From Alphaproteobacteria bacterium (GTDB taxonomy: Bacteria; Pseudomonadota; Alphaproteobacteria; UBA9219), in contig JARLJC010000045.1 in NCBI GenBank assembly GCA_031291435.1, forward strand, positions 4,346-28,345: a stretch of 24,000 nucleotides of DNA. The letters run 5' to 3'. Shown piece after piece: positions 1-8,251 of this stretch. The number at the start of each line of letters is the position of its first letter. The stretch's first letter is position 1. Below the pieces are notes generated by a model. It saw only the letters and a program-made list of their open reading frames with translations. It did no database searches and had not been told where the DNA came from. The position numbers and the translations under genes are program-made.

Positions 1-104
1 CAATCGGTATCGAGGTAAATCTCGATTATTGTAAGTTAGCGGCCCAACAATTGGGGCTCGCCGCCGTAAAAGCCGATGATGAAGAGGCGCCCTATTATGG
101 ATAA
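1..104 (+). CDS. DNA methyltransferase, C-terminal fragment (gene begins upstream of the window); beta-class N4/N6 amino-methyltransferase type
   Basis: Frame 3 reads IGIEVNLDYCKLAAQQLGLAAVKADDEEAPYYG, with stop TAA at 102-104. It is absent from the ORF track because it has no start in the window. The 'IGIExNxxYxxxAxxxL' stretch is the segment that follows the FxGxG AdoMet motif at the C-terminus of N4/N6 DNA methylases. This is family knowledge from memory. Its stop overlaps the start region of the next ORF. Confidence 0.55.
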   Translation, partial: IGIEVNLDYCKLAAQQLGLAAVKADDEEAPYYG

Positions 105-837
105 AGTCCTGGAGGGCGTGTCGAATTATATCTCAATAAACATTACCTCTTTGTTTCATGATAGATGTCTGGAGAAGTTGGACGACATCCAACTGAATGT
201 TATTTTGCGGCGTAAAAACCCTTATCTTTTTCGAGCCAAGAATATCCTCGAATCCCATCATCTCGTAGGGCTTATCCTTGACGCGGCGCTTTCTTCAAGT
301 GAGGAAACGATATTTGGAAATTTTATAGAGAACGTCGCCTGCGAAACATCCCGTCTGGCTTATGCGGGCCATAAGTCCTCGACGGTTGGCATCGATCTGG
401 AATTTACCAAAGATGAAGTGCGTTACCTGGTTACCATAAAATCAGGGCCGAATTGGAGTAATGCCGGCCAAATTGCGAAGATGAAGTCAAACTTCATGAC
501 GGCGCAAAAAACCCTTCGAACTTCGGGTGGATATAAGGGACAGGTTCAATGTATTGAGGGATGTTGTTACGGAATCGACGATAAACCAGACAAGGGGTCA
601 CATTTTAAGTTTTGCGGCCAGCGCTTTTGGTCGTTCGTTTCCGGGCAAGAAACTTTTTACCAGGATATCATCGAGCCCTTGGGAAATGTGGCGCGCCGCA
701 AGACGGAAGCTTTTCAAGAGCAATTGGCTCAGAAACGTAATTTGCTAACACAGGAATTTTCAGAAAGATTTTGCAAAAACGGTATCATCGACTGGCCTAA
801 GCTGGTTAAATATAATTCTGGTATAAATAAGGACTAA
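76..837 (+). CDS. Putative type II restriction endonuclease (family not identified with certainty), partner of the upstream methyltransferase
   Basis: ORF of 253 codons from ATG 76. An alternative ATG at 97 is preceded by GAAGAGG (81-87) and overlaps the methyltransferase stop as ATGGATAA. The region is visibly AT-richer than the sequence right of 840. The call rests on coupling to a DNA methyltransferase gene, on size, and on a PD-(D/E)xK-like stretch 'VGIDLEF...RYLVTIKSG'. I also associate the 'RKNPYLFRAK' segment with type II endonuclease families, but only from memory and unverified. Confidence 0.5.
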   Translation: MMKRRPIMDKVLEGVSNYISINITSLFHDRCLEKLDDIQLNVILRRKNPYLFRAKNILESHHLVGLILDAALSSSEETIFGNFIENVACETSRLAYAGHKSSTVGIDLEFTKDEVRYLVTIKSGPNWSNAGQIAKMKSNFMTAQKTLRTSGGYKGQVQCIEGCCYGIDDKPDKGSHFKFCGQRFWSFVSGQETFYQDIIEPLGNVARRKTEAFQEQLAQKRNLLTQEFSERFCKNGIIDWPKLVKYNSGINKD

Positions 838-840
838 ATC

Positions 841-2253
841 TTGCACGATATCCGTTTCATCCGCGAACAGCCCGATGCCTTTGACGCCGCCCTCAAGCGC
901 CGCAATCTTGCCCCTGCCGCAAAGGACATTATCGCCCTCGACGCCGAGCGCCGCGCCGCGCAGACCGAAATGCAGGAATTGCAGGCGATGCGCAATGAAG
1001 TTTCCAAGCAGATCGGCGAGGTCAAACGGCTTCAGGGGAAGCAGGGGGGCGAAGACGCCGAACCGCTGATGCAAAAAGTCGCGGCGATGAAAGAACGCCT
1101 CGCCAGTCTTGAAGATATGGAACGGCTGTATGGCGCGCGGCTGACCGAATGGCTGGCGTCGCTGCCCAACATGCCCGCTTCCGATGTGCCCGACGGCAAG
1201 GACGAACATGATAATGTCGAGCTGCGCCGCGTCGGCCAGCCTGCGCTCATTAACAGCCCGCGCCAGCATTTCGAACTGGGCGAGGCGATGGGGCTGATGG
1301 ATTTCGACATCGCGGCCAAACTTTCCGGCGCGCGTTTCGTCGTGTTGAAAGGCCATCTGGCGCGATTGGAACGCGCCCTCGGCAATTTTATGATCGATAC
1401 CCACACCAATGAATTCGGCTACACCGAAATTTCGCCGCCTTTGCTGGTCAAAGACGAAATCATGTTCGGCACCGCGCAATTGCCGAAATTCGCTGACGAT
1501 CAATTCACCGCCGCCCGCACCAAATCGCGCGACGAATTACTGCGCGAAGCCTTGGCCTATGCGCAGGTCGCGGAAATCGAAAATATCGGCAAGGGCCAGC
1601 ATAGCCTCGTCGATGTCGTCACCTCGGCGCTGTCGCGCGCTCCGGCCAAGGAAGACCTCTGGCTCATCCCCACCGCTGAAGTGCCGCTCACCAATCTGGT
1701 CAATAGCCAGATCGTCGAGCGCGAGGAGTTGCCGCTGCGTTTCACCGCAAAAACGCCATGTTTCCGTGCCGAAGCTGGGGCCGCCGGAAAGGATACGCGC
1801 GGCATGTTGCGCCAGCATCAATTTTACAAAGTCGAGATGGTCAGCATCACGGCGCCCGACCAATCGGAGGCCGAGCATCAGCGCATGACCGAATGTGCCG
1901 AGACTATTCTGAAACGCCTTGAACTGCCGTTCCGCACCATTGTGCTGTGCACCGGCGATATGGGTTTCGCCTCGCGCAAGACCTACGATATCGAAGTGTG
2001 GATGCCGGGCCAGAACACCTACCGCGAAATTTCCAGCTGTTCGAACTGCGGCGATTTTCAGGCGCGGCGCATGAATGCCCGCCTCCGCACCGGCGAAAAG
2101 CAAACCGAATTCGTGCATACGCTCAACGGTTCCGGCACGGCGGTGGGCCGCTGCATGATCGCCGTGATGGAAAATTATCAGCAGCCCGATGGATCGATTA
2201 TCATCCCCGCCGCGCTGCGTCCCTATATGGGCGGAATGGAGCGCATCGGATGA
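841..2253 (+). CDS. serS: Seryl-tRNA synthetase
   Basis: The 470-aa product is colinear from residue 1 with E. coli SerRS ([12 protein letters not shown] vs MLDPNLLRNEPD). Class II motifs are present: '[10 protein letters not shown]', '[25 protein letters not shown]' and '[21 protein letters not shown]'. The start is TTG at 841, with AAGGA at 829-833. Confidence 0.97.
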   Translation: MHDIRFIREQPDAFDAALKRRNLAPAAKDIIALDAERRAAQTEMQELQAMRNEVSKQIGEVKRLQGKQGGEDAEPLMQKVAAMKERLASLEDMERLYGARLTEWLASLPNMPASDVPDGKDEHDNVELRRVGQPALINSPRQHFELGEAMGLMDFDIAAKLSGARFVVLKGHLARLERALGNFMIDTHTNEFGYTEISPPLLVKDEIMFGTAQLPKFADDQFTAARTKSRDELLREALAYAQVAEIENIGKGQHSLVDVVTSALSRAPAKEDLWLIPTAEVPLTNLVNSQIVEREELPLRFTAKTPCFRAEAGAAGKDTRGMLRQHQFYKVEMVSITAPDQSEAEHQRMTECAETILKRLELPFRTIVLCTGDMGFASRKTYDIEVWMPGQNTYREISSCSNCGDFQARRMNARLRTGEKQTEFVHTLNGSGTAVGRCMIAVMENYQQPDGSIIIPAALRPYMGGMERIG

Positions 2254-3239
2254 AACCCGCCTTCAAATATATCGGCCTCGTCGCGCTGGTTCTGCTGCCG
2301 GGTTGCACCCTGTGGCACGGCCCCGCCGCCGACCTGCCTTCGAAAAACGGCATCGTGGCGGGCGAAAGCATCACCGTCGGCGGCAACGAGAATATCTACG
2401 GCATCGCCCGCGAACATAACGTCTCGATGCGCGAACTGATCGTCCTCAACGATCTCAAGCCCCCTTTCGAGGTCAAGCAGGGCCAGACTTTGATTCTGCC
2501 CGCCACCGGCCAGAGCTTCGGCGGCAATATGCCGGTGCCTTCGCCTGCGCCCCTCGATACGGTTGAGAAAAGCGCCTTGCCGCCCATCGAACCCGCAGGC
2601 GTCAGTTCGGAGGCGCTGGAACCTGTGCCGCCCGCGCCGATGCAGCCGCAGCCTTTGCCGCCCGCAGCTCCGTCGGGCGCGAGCAGCGTGCAGCAAATTC
2701 CCCTGTCGCATCCGGCTCCGCAAGCCGCGCCTGCGCCGCAATCCGCCTTGCAGACGCATGAGCCGGTGCAGGCCCTCAACCAGCCTTCGCCGCCGCAGAA
2801 ACAAATGGCCACCACCCTGCAGGATTCTTCGAGAGCCGCCGACGAAGCCGCCGCCAGTCTGTCGATGAAATGGCCGTTGCAGGGGCCGATTTTGTCGGGC
2901 TTCGGGCCCAAAGGGCCGGGGCTCAACAATGACGGCATCAATATCGGCGCGCCCAAGGGAGCGCCGGTGACGGCAGCCGCCCCCGGCACCGTCGTCTATG
3001 CCGGCGACGAGATGAAGGGTTTCGGCAATCTCGTCCTTATCCGCCACACCGATGACTGGGTAACGGCCTATGCCCATCTCGACCGCGTTCTGGTCAAGAA
3101 AGACGCCGTGGTGGCGCAGGGCGACATGATCGGCACCGTCGGCAAGACCGGCAGCGTGGCCACGCCGCAGCTTCATTTCGAAACCCGCCATAACGGCAAG
3201 CCGGTCGACCCGGCGCAGGTGGTTAAAACCGCGCTTTAA
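2250..3239 (+). CDS. nlpD: LysM + M23 (LytM-domain) lipoprotein, NlpD/DipM-like, with degenerate catalytic motifs
   Basis: ATG 2250 overlaps the serS stop as ATGA (2250-2253). The track ORF start at 1947 lies inside serS and was rejected. There is a lipobox 'LLPGC' after a hydrophobic signal sequence. A LysM segment reads '[29 protein letters not shown]', followed by a long Pro/Ala/Gln-rich linker. The C-terminal M23 fold reads '[21 protein letters not shown]...[16 protein letters not shown]'. The HxxxD position reads 'NDGINIG' and HxH reads 'QLH'. Confidence 0.88.
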   Translation: MKPAFKYIGLVALVLLPGCTLWHGPAADLPSKNGIVAGESITVGGNENIYGIAREHNVSMRELIVLNDLKPPFEVKQGQTLILPATGQSFGGNMPVPSPAPLDTVEKSALPPIEPAGVSSEALEPVPPAPMQPQPLPPAAPSGASSVQQIPLSHPAPQAAPAPQSALQTHEPVQALNQPSPPQKQMATTLQDSSRAADEAAASLSMKWPLQGPILSGFGPKGPGLNNDGINIGAPKGAPVTAAAPGTVVYAGDEMKGFGNLVLIRHTDDWVTAYAHLDRVLVKKDAVVAQGDMIGTVGKTGSVATPQLHFETRHNGKPVDPAQVVKTAL

Positions 3240-3323
3240 CCATAGGCGAAACTATTCTTGCCGCTTGCCGGAAACCGGCGCGCTTTTCTAGAATGCCGCA
3301 CCCCGAAATCGCAGGATAAAATC

Positions 3324-3782
3324 ATGTTTGCGCGCCTGTTAACCGTTGCCGATCATTTTGTAAAAGCCGCCGAGCATCTTCTGAAAGCCGTCGATCATCT
3401 CTTCGAGGATTTTCATTACGAATGGGACGGCTTCCGCAAAAACGGAAGCGCCTTCAAGATCTCCGTCGCGGGCTATTTTCCGCGCAATCAATGGAAGATT
3501 ACCGAGAATGGCGTGCCTGTTCTGTCACGCCACGGCACACCGGCGCTGAGCAACAGCGAGGCTATCCGCTATGTCCGCGTACTCGACGAAGAGGCCATCG
3601 GCCCCGTGCGCGCCCAGATCGCTTCTTTTCTGCAGAAAGCCGAAAGCTGGACGCCGCGTCCGCATAATCCGCTACCCGAAGAAATCGATCCGCGTCCGAG
3701 CCGTGAGCAGGCGGATGCGACTTTGGCCACAATTCATTACAAAGGGACTGCCGACGATTCTGAGCCGGGCGTCTGGGGCTAA
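3324..3782 (+). CDS. Hypothetical protein (152 aa, no recognised domain)
   Basis: ATG 3324 is preceded by AGGA (about 3313-3316). The TTG start at 3258 in the track is less likely. The ORF is convergent with the glycan operon, and the two stop codons are 1 bp apart. There is no signal peptide or TM segment, and no motif I recognise. Confidence 0.55.
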   Translation: MFARLLTVADHFVKAAEHLLKAVDHLFEDFHYEWDGFRKNGSAFKISVAGYFPRNQWKITENGVPVLSRHGTPALSNSEAIRYVRVLDEEAIGPVRAQIASFLQKAESWTPRPHNPLPEEIDPRPSREQADATLATIHYKGTADDSEPGVWG

Positions 3783-3783
3783 A

Positions 3784-5700
3784 TCAGCCCGCAGCCTTAA
3801 GCGGCACGCCGCCGCGCTGGAATTCCGGCACCAGCATACCGAGCCGCAGCACCGATTCCGTCTCGCTGATTCCGTCGCGCAGATTGGCTTCATAATCGGC
3901 GAACTGATCCTGCAGGACGGAAAGTTCCGATGTCCGCGCTTTGGCGAGTTTGACGCCGTCGGCGGCGGAAGGAATAAGCTCCTCGCTCAGCGCAAAGAGT
4001 TCTTCGTGCAGCTTTTCGCCGGGGCGCAGGCCGGTATAGGAAATCATGATGTCTTCGTCGGGCTTCAATCCAGCCAGGCGTATCATCTGCCGCGCGAGAT
4101 CGGCGATTTTTACCGGCTCACCCATATCAAGAACCAGTACCTTGCCGCGCTGATCGCCCGGCTGGGTGCCGAGGGCCGAAGCCTGCAGCACCAGCTCGAC
4201 CGCTTCGTGAACGGTCATGAAATAGCGTGTGATGTCGGGATGCGTGACGGTCAACGGGCCGCCTTTAGCCAGTTGCTCCTGAAAGCGCGGCACCACGGAA
4301 CCGGTCGAACCCAGCACATTGCCGAACCGCACGGTGATGAAGCGCGTGCTGCTCGATGACAAATCAAGCGCCTGACAATACATTTCTGCCAACCGCTTGG
4401 TCGCGCCCATGACGCTCGACGGATGCACGGCTTTGTCGGTGGAAATCAGCACCATCGCCGCGATGCCCGAAGCGCGGCAGCAATCGGCGACGTTACGCGT
4501 ACCCATCGCGTTGGTCAGAACCGTCTCGCGGATATTTTCCTCGGCGATCGGCACATGCTTGATGGCGGCGGCGTGGAAAACGAGGTCGGGCGATTCCTCG
4601 GCGAAAATCTGCATGATGCGGGCATTGTCGCGAACATTGCCGATCATCGACCGCATGCTTTGATAGGGGAAGCTTTCGCGCATCTCCATATCGATGCGGT
4701 AGAGGTTGAATTCGCTGAATTCCACCAAAGTAAGATGCGCGGGTTCCAGCGCCGCGATCTGCCTCACCAGTTCCGAACCGATGGTGCCGCCGGCACCCGT
4801 CACCAGCACGCGCTTGCCCTTGATGAGCTTGCGGATCTCGTTGCGGTTAAGCTTGGTTTCGGGGCGGCCCAGCAAATCTTCGAGAGCCAGAGGCTGATCG
4901 CGCATGGTCAGCGCGCTGGCGACGTCGTCGCGCAGATCGGTCAGCGCGGGCAGGCGCGACAGCCCCAGCCCCAGGCTGGTCGCCTGCTCCAGCAACTGAG
5001 AAACGAAGCTGCTGTTGAAGCGCGTCACATTGCGGGTGAGGATAAGCCGGGAAGGGGCCTTCATGCGGTCGCGCAGCCCCTGAACGATGGCGGGCAATTG
5101 CTCGACCGTGCCGATCACTTCGACGCCGTGGATCGAACGGCCCACGCGCTTGGCATTCTCGCCGATGATGCCGACCACGTTATAGGCCGCCTGCGGGTTG
5201 GATCCGATCGCGCGCATGAAAATATCGGCTTCGTCGCCCGCGCCCACCAGCAGGACATTGACGCGCCCGCCGCCCGATTTCTCCCACAAAGAACTCAGCC
5301 TGCGCTCGCGCATCAGCCGGAAGATCATGCGCGACCCGCCGAGGCCCGCCAGCATGATGAACCACGCCATGAAGGGCACCGTGCGCGGCACGCCTTCGAG
5401 GCGGATGGTGATAAAGGCCAGCGCCAGAAACAGGGCGACCGCCAGAGTGGCGGCGCGCAGAATCTGCGTCAGGTCGCGCAGCGAGGCGAAGGCCCAGATG
5501 CTGCGGTAAAGCCCCATCGCCCAGAAAATGAAGGCGCAGGTCGCCGTGAACAAAAGAATCGCGGAAAATGCCGAATTGCCGGGCAGTACGCTGAAATCGC
5601 CGCTGACGCGCAGATATAACGCCAGCCAGAAAGACAGCGCCGCTACGGTGGTGTCATGCAGAAACGCCAGCAGGCGGCGGTGGGATAAAATAAATTTCAT
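3784..5700 (-). CDS. Membrane-anchored polysaccharide biosynthesis protein, CapD/WbpM/PglF family (UDP-HexNAc 4,6-dehydratase type)
   Basis: The 638-aa product has about four N-terminal hydrophobic helices. Two Rossmann motifs are present: 'VLLVGAGDEA' and 'VLVTGAGGTIGSEL'. 'VMGATKRLAE' gives MxxxK in place of YxxxK, the altered triad described for WbpM-type enzymes. A 4-nt overlap with the upstream gene indicates an operon. Confidence 0.9.
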   Translation of the reverse strand: MKFILSHRRLLAFLHDTTVAALSFWLALYLRVSGDFSVLPGNSAFSAILLFTATCAFIFWAMGLYRSIWAFASLRDLTQILRAATLAVALFLALAFITIRLEGVPRTVPFMAWFIMLAGLGGSRMIFRLMRERRLSSLWEKSGGGRVNVLLVGAGDEADIFMRAIGSNPQAAYNVVGIIGENAKRVGRSIHGVEVIGTVEQLPAIVQGLRDRMKAPSRLILTRNVTRFNSSFVSQLLEQATSLGLGLSRLPALTDLRDDVASALTMRDQPLALEDLLGRPETKLNRNEIRKLIKGKRVLVTGAGGTIGSELVRQIAALEPAHLTLVEFSEFNLYRIDMEMRESFPYQSMRSMIGNVRDNARIMQIFAEESPDLVFHAAAIKHVPIAEENIRETVLTNAMGTRNVADCCRASGIAAMVLISTDKAVHPSSVMGATKRLAEMYCQALDLSSSSTRFITVRFGNVLGSTGSVVPRFQEQLAKGGPLTVTHPDITRYFMTVHEAVELVLQASALGTQPGDQRGKVLVLDMGEPVKIADLARQMIRLAGLKPDEDIMISYTGLRPGEKLHEELFALSEELIPSAADGVKLAKARTSELSVLQDQFADYEANLRDGISETESVLRLGMLVPEFQRGGVPLKAAG

Positions 5701-6692
5701 AGGGCTGTTTTATGCAACTTTCCCAATAGAACTGCAACTAGAACAACGGCCAGCGCCAGCCCGGCCTCAACATGGCTAACGGCCAGCAGGGCCGCGCCGA
5801 TCAGCCCGGCATTGGCCGCCGCGATCCACAGAACGGTGCGGGCATGGCCCATGCCCCGCGCGGCATGCTGATAGAAATGCTGCCGGTGCGCTTCCCATAT
5901 CTTTTCGCGCTTCAGGGCGCGGCGGGTAATCGTAATCCCGCTATCGGCCAGATAATAAAGCGGCAGAATGGCCGCCGCCGCCAGATGCCCGTCCACCGCC
6001 AGCGTCAGCAGGCAGAAGCCGGTGATATAGCCCAGCGGCACGCTGCCGATATCGCCGAGGAAAATTTTGGCCGGATGCCAGTTATAGGCGAGGAAGCCGA
6101 GACATGTTCCCGTCAGCGCCAGCGTGGCGAAGGAAACAAACGGATCGTCGATACCGGCCAGCCCCATCACGAGGCACAGGCCGGTGGCGATACAGATGGT
6201 CTCGGTGCCGGTGATGCCGTCGATACCGTCCATGAAATTGTACAGATTGATGAACCACGCCCAGCCGACGATCATCAAAGTACGGTCGAGCCAGAAAGGC
6301 ACCGCCCCGCCGAACAAAGTTTCCTGCGGCGAGAAAGCCAGCACCCCGAGACACGCGGCAAGGATATGTAAACTCAGCCGCGACCGCGCTGGAACGCCGT
6401 ACCTGTCGTCGGCCCACGAAATCGCCGCGAGGAGCACGATGCCAAGGAGAAGCCCGCCGTAACGCAGCCCGTCTTCGACCGAAAAAGCCGCCCACGCCAA
6501 AGCGGGCAGAAGGATCATCACGACAGCCCAGCCGCCACCCCGCGGCACCGGAACCTGATGTGAACTGCGTTCGTTGGGAATATCGAGCAGGGCGCGGCGC
6601 GCCAGAATCTTTTTCGCGATTCCCGTCAACCCCAGCGATAAAGCGAAGGTGGCGAGAATGACGCCAAGCGAAAATGAAAGATCGTTATCCAT
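5697..6692 (-). CDS. Glycosyltransferase family 4, polyprenyl-phosphate N-acetylhexosamine-1-phosphate transferase (WecA/WbpL/MraY-like)
   Basis: The 331-aa product is hydrophobic throughout and multi-pass. Family motifs are 'NLYNFMDGIDGITG' and 'FLGDIGSVPLG'. It overlaps both neighbouring genes (5697-5700 and 6692). Confidence 0.9.
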   Translation of the reverse strand: MDNDLSFSLGVILATFALSLGLTGIAKKILARRALLDIPNERSSHQVPVPRGGGWAVVMILLPALAWAAFSVEDGLRYGGLLLGIVLLAAISWADDRYGVPARSRLSLHILAACLGVLAFSPQETLFGGAVPFWLDRTLMIVGWAWFINLYNFMDGIDGITGTETICIATGLCLVMGLAGIDDPFVSFATLALTGTCLGFLAYNWHPAKIFLGDIGSVPLGYITGFCLLTLAVDGHLAAAAILPLYYLADSGITITRRALKREKIWEAHRQHFYQHAARGMGHARTVLWIAAANAGLIGAALLAVSHVEAGLALAVVLVAVLLGKLHKTAL

Positions 6693-7591
6693 CAGGCTGC
6701 CTTTCTTGCCGCAAGCTGCCGTACCGCCCGGGCGAGATCGTCGCGCCAGCCGCGTTGCGCGATGCCGTAGACGGCGTGGATTTTCTCACAATCAAGCGCC
6801 GAATAAAGCGGGCGCGGAATGCGTTTCGGCATATTTGCCGCCTTGCCCGCGATCAGGGTGGGGCGGCGCTCCGTGAACGGGGCATAGGATTCCATCACCG
6901 CCTGTAAAAAATCGAACCGGGAAGCCGGCGGCCCGCCCGCGAGGTGGAAAGTGCCGAAACCGCCTGATTTGCCGCCCAGTAAAGCGGCGGCCACGGCCAA
7001 AGTCCCTTCGGCCAGAAACTCGGCGCCGGTGGGGCTGGCGACCTGATCGGCGGCCACGGTGATTTCATCCTGCGTATCGATGCCGCGCAAAGTGCGCGTC
7101 AGGATATTCTCGCCGAACGCGCTGAACACCAAAGCCGTGCGCAGGATCACATGCCAATGGGTACCGTGGCGGGCGGCTTCCTCGCCCATCATCTTGCTGT
7201 GGCCGTAAACATTCAACGGGTTCATGGCGGCGTCGGGCAAATAGGGGGGCGCACCGTCGGCGCCGTCGAAAACGTAATCGGTCGAAATCTGGATAAAAGG
7301 AATGCTGCGTTCGGTGCAATGCGCGGCCATAGCCGCCACCGCCTCGAAATTGACCCGCATGGCAAGGTCAGGATTTTCTTCGCAGGCTTCGATCCCCGCG
7401 ATTGCCGCCGTATTGATGACCAGATCGGGTTTACCTTCATGCATCGCCCGCGCCAGATCGCCCGCATCGGTGATGTCGCAGGCCTCACGCGGCGGGGCGA
7501 TAAGGTTCAATCCGGTGGGCAGCGGGGTATGCAGCAGGGCTTGCCCGACTTGCCCGCCGCCGCCGAAAACGAGGATATTTCTGGTAACCAT
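6692..7591 (-). CDS. rfbD: RmlD-family NAD(P)H-dependent sugar-nucleotide 4-keto reductase (dTDP-4-dehydrorhamnose reductase family)
   Basis: The 299-aa product is colinear with E. coli RmlD. Shared segments are 'ILVFGGGGQVG', 'DLVINTAA', 'ISTDYVFDG', 'PLNVYGHSK' and 'DQVASPTGAEFLA'. It is the first gene of the minus-strand operon. No rmlA/B/C genes lie in the window, so its true substrate is uncertain. Confidence 0.82.
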   Translation of the reverse strand: MVTRNILVFGGGGQVGQALLHTPLPTGLNLIAPPREACDITDAGDLARAMHEGKPDLVINTAAIAGIEACEENPDLAMRVNFEAVAAMAAHCTERSIPFIQISTDYVFDGADGAPPYLPDAAMNPLNVYGHSKMMGEEAARHGTHWHVILRTALVFSAFGENILTRTLRGIDTQDEITVAADQVASPTGAEFLAEGTLAVAAALLGGKSGGFGTFHLAGGPPASRFDFLQAVMESYAPFTERRPTLIAGKAANMPKRIPRPLYSALDCEKIHAVYGIAQRGWRDDLARAVRQLAARKAA

Positions 7592-7644
7592 TTATTATGT
7601 ACAACCGATGTATGCCGGAAAGACGCTAATATCCAGCCCTGCAA

Positions 7645-8136
7645 TTGTCCACCGGAGATGCTGTGTCCGATAAATTCGAAGAATACCGCCTCAAGGTCGC
7701 GGGCACCAATATCGATCAGCGTTCCCTGCTTTCGACCGACTACTTCAACACCTTCAATTCGGTGGCGATGGTGTTCGACATGCTGCCCGACATGCCCGAG
7801 CTGCTCGAAGAAGTCGATGCCTGGCAATTCTTCGATTACATCGAGCATTTCCGGCATAGCGGCCTCGATTTCGCCGATCTTGCCATCGAAGCCTATCCGC
7901 ACGCCCCGGCCGATCTGCGCGCCGCTTTCGAAAGCAAGGTTGCCGGCATGCGCATCATCGTCGAGGAAACGCGCCGCACTTTGCATCTGCTGCAGGAGGC
8001 GGGCGAGATGAAAACATTCTCCACTTTCGCCAGCCACATCGCCGAGATTTTCCATCAGATGATGGACGAAGGCGGCGCCATTATTCACGGCGAAACCACT
8101 TCGCTGTCGCAGGATTCCATCGACCAGATGTTTTAA
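7645..8136 (+). CDS. Hypothetical acidic protein (about 157-163 aa)
   Basis: The ORF starts at TTG 7645. A more likely start is GTG 7663, 6 nt after GGAG (7653-7656). Codon usage resembles the neighbouring genes. It is divergent from the glycan operon. No recognisable motif. Confidence 0.65.
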   Translation: MSTGDAVSDKFEEYRLKVAGTNIDQRSLLSTDYFNTFNSVAMVFDMLPDMPELLEEVDAWQFFDYIEHFRHSGLDFADLAIEAYPHAPADLRAAFESKVAGMRIIVEETRRTLHLLQEAGEMKTFSTFASHIAEIFHQMMDEGGAIIHGETTSLSQDSIDQMF

Positions 8137-8251
8137 GACCGCTTCAGTCCTATTTGCGTATGTTATGCATTCCGGTGTGTGTTAACAGTAATTTAACTAT
8201 GAAATTAGATAGTCATTTACTCGGTATGCCCCAATTTTCCCCGGAGTATGT

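Noticed and set aside
760-1503. Long antisense ORFs opposite real genes. Examples: 760-1503(-), 1537-2118(-), 2223-3191(-), 4423-5619(+), 5772-6371(+), 7151-8011(+), 8213-9058(-), 9245-9856(-), 10270-11400(-), 15219-16496(-), 18431-19486(-), 20300-20917(-), 22676-23212(-).
   Set aside because: These are shadow ORFs typical of high-GC DNA. Their products are Arg/Gly/Ala-rich and low in complexity with no motifs. In every case the opposite strand encodes a protein with clear family signatures.
1947-2249. Upstream extensions of track ORFs: nlpD from 1947, hypothetical from 3258, OprB from 14874, bio ORF5 from 22187, bioF from 19515, and the 11566 ORF up to 12099.
   Set aside because: The extensions run through the preceding gene or the tRNA spacer and translate to junk. 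Internal starts with Shine-Dalgarno sequences, signal peptides or start-stop overlaps fit better.
3267-3289. Possible terminator after nlpD (GCCGG-aaa-CCGGC followed by gcgcttttct).
   Set aside because: It has a 5-bp stem, a 3-nt loop and an interrupted T-tract. This is plausible but not strong enough to list as a feature.
3775-3790. Hairpin GGGCT-aaatc-AGCCC spanning the two convergent stop codons (3780-3782 and 3784-3786).
   Set aside because: The stem is only 5 bp and has no T-tract on either strand. That is too weak to call a terminator.
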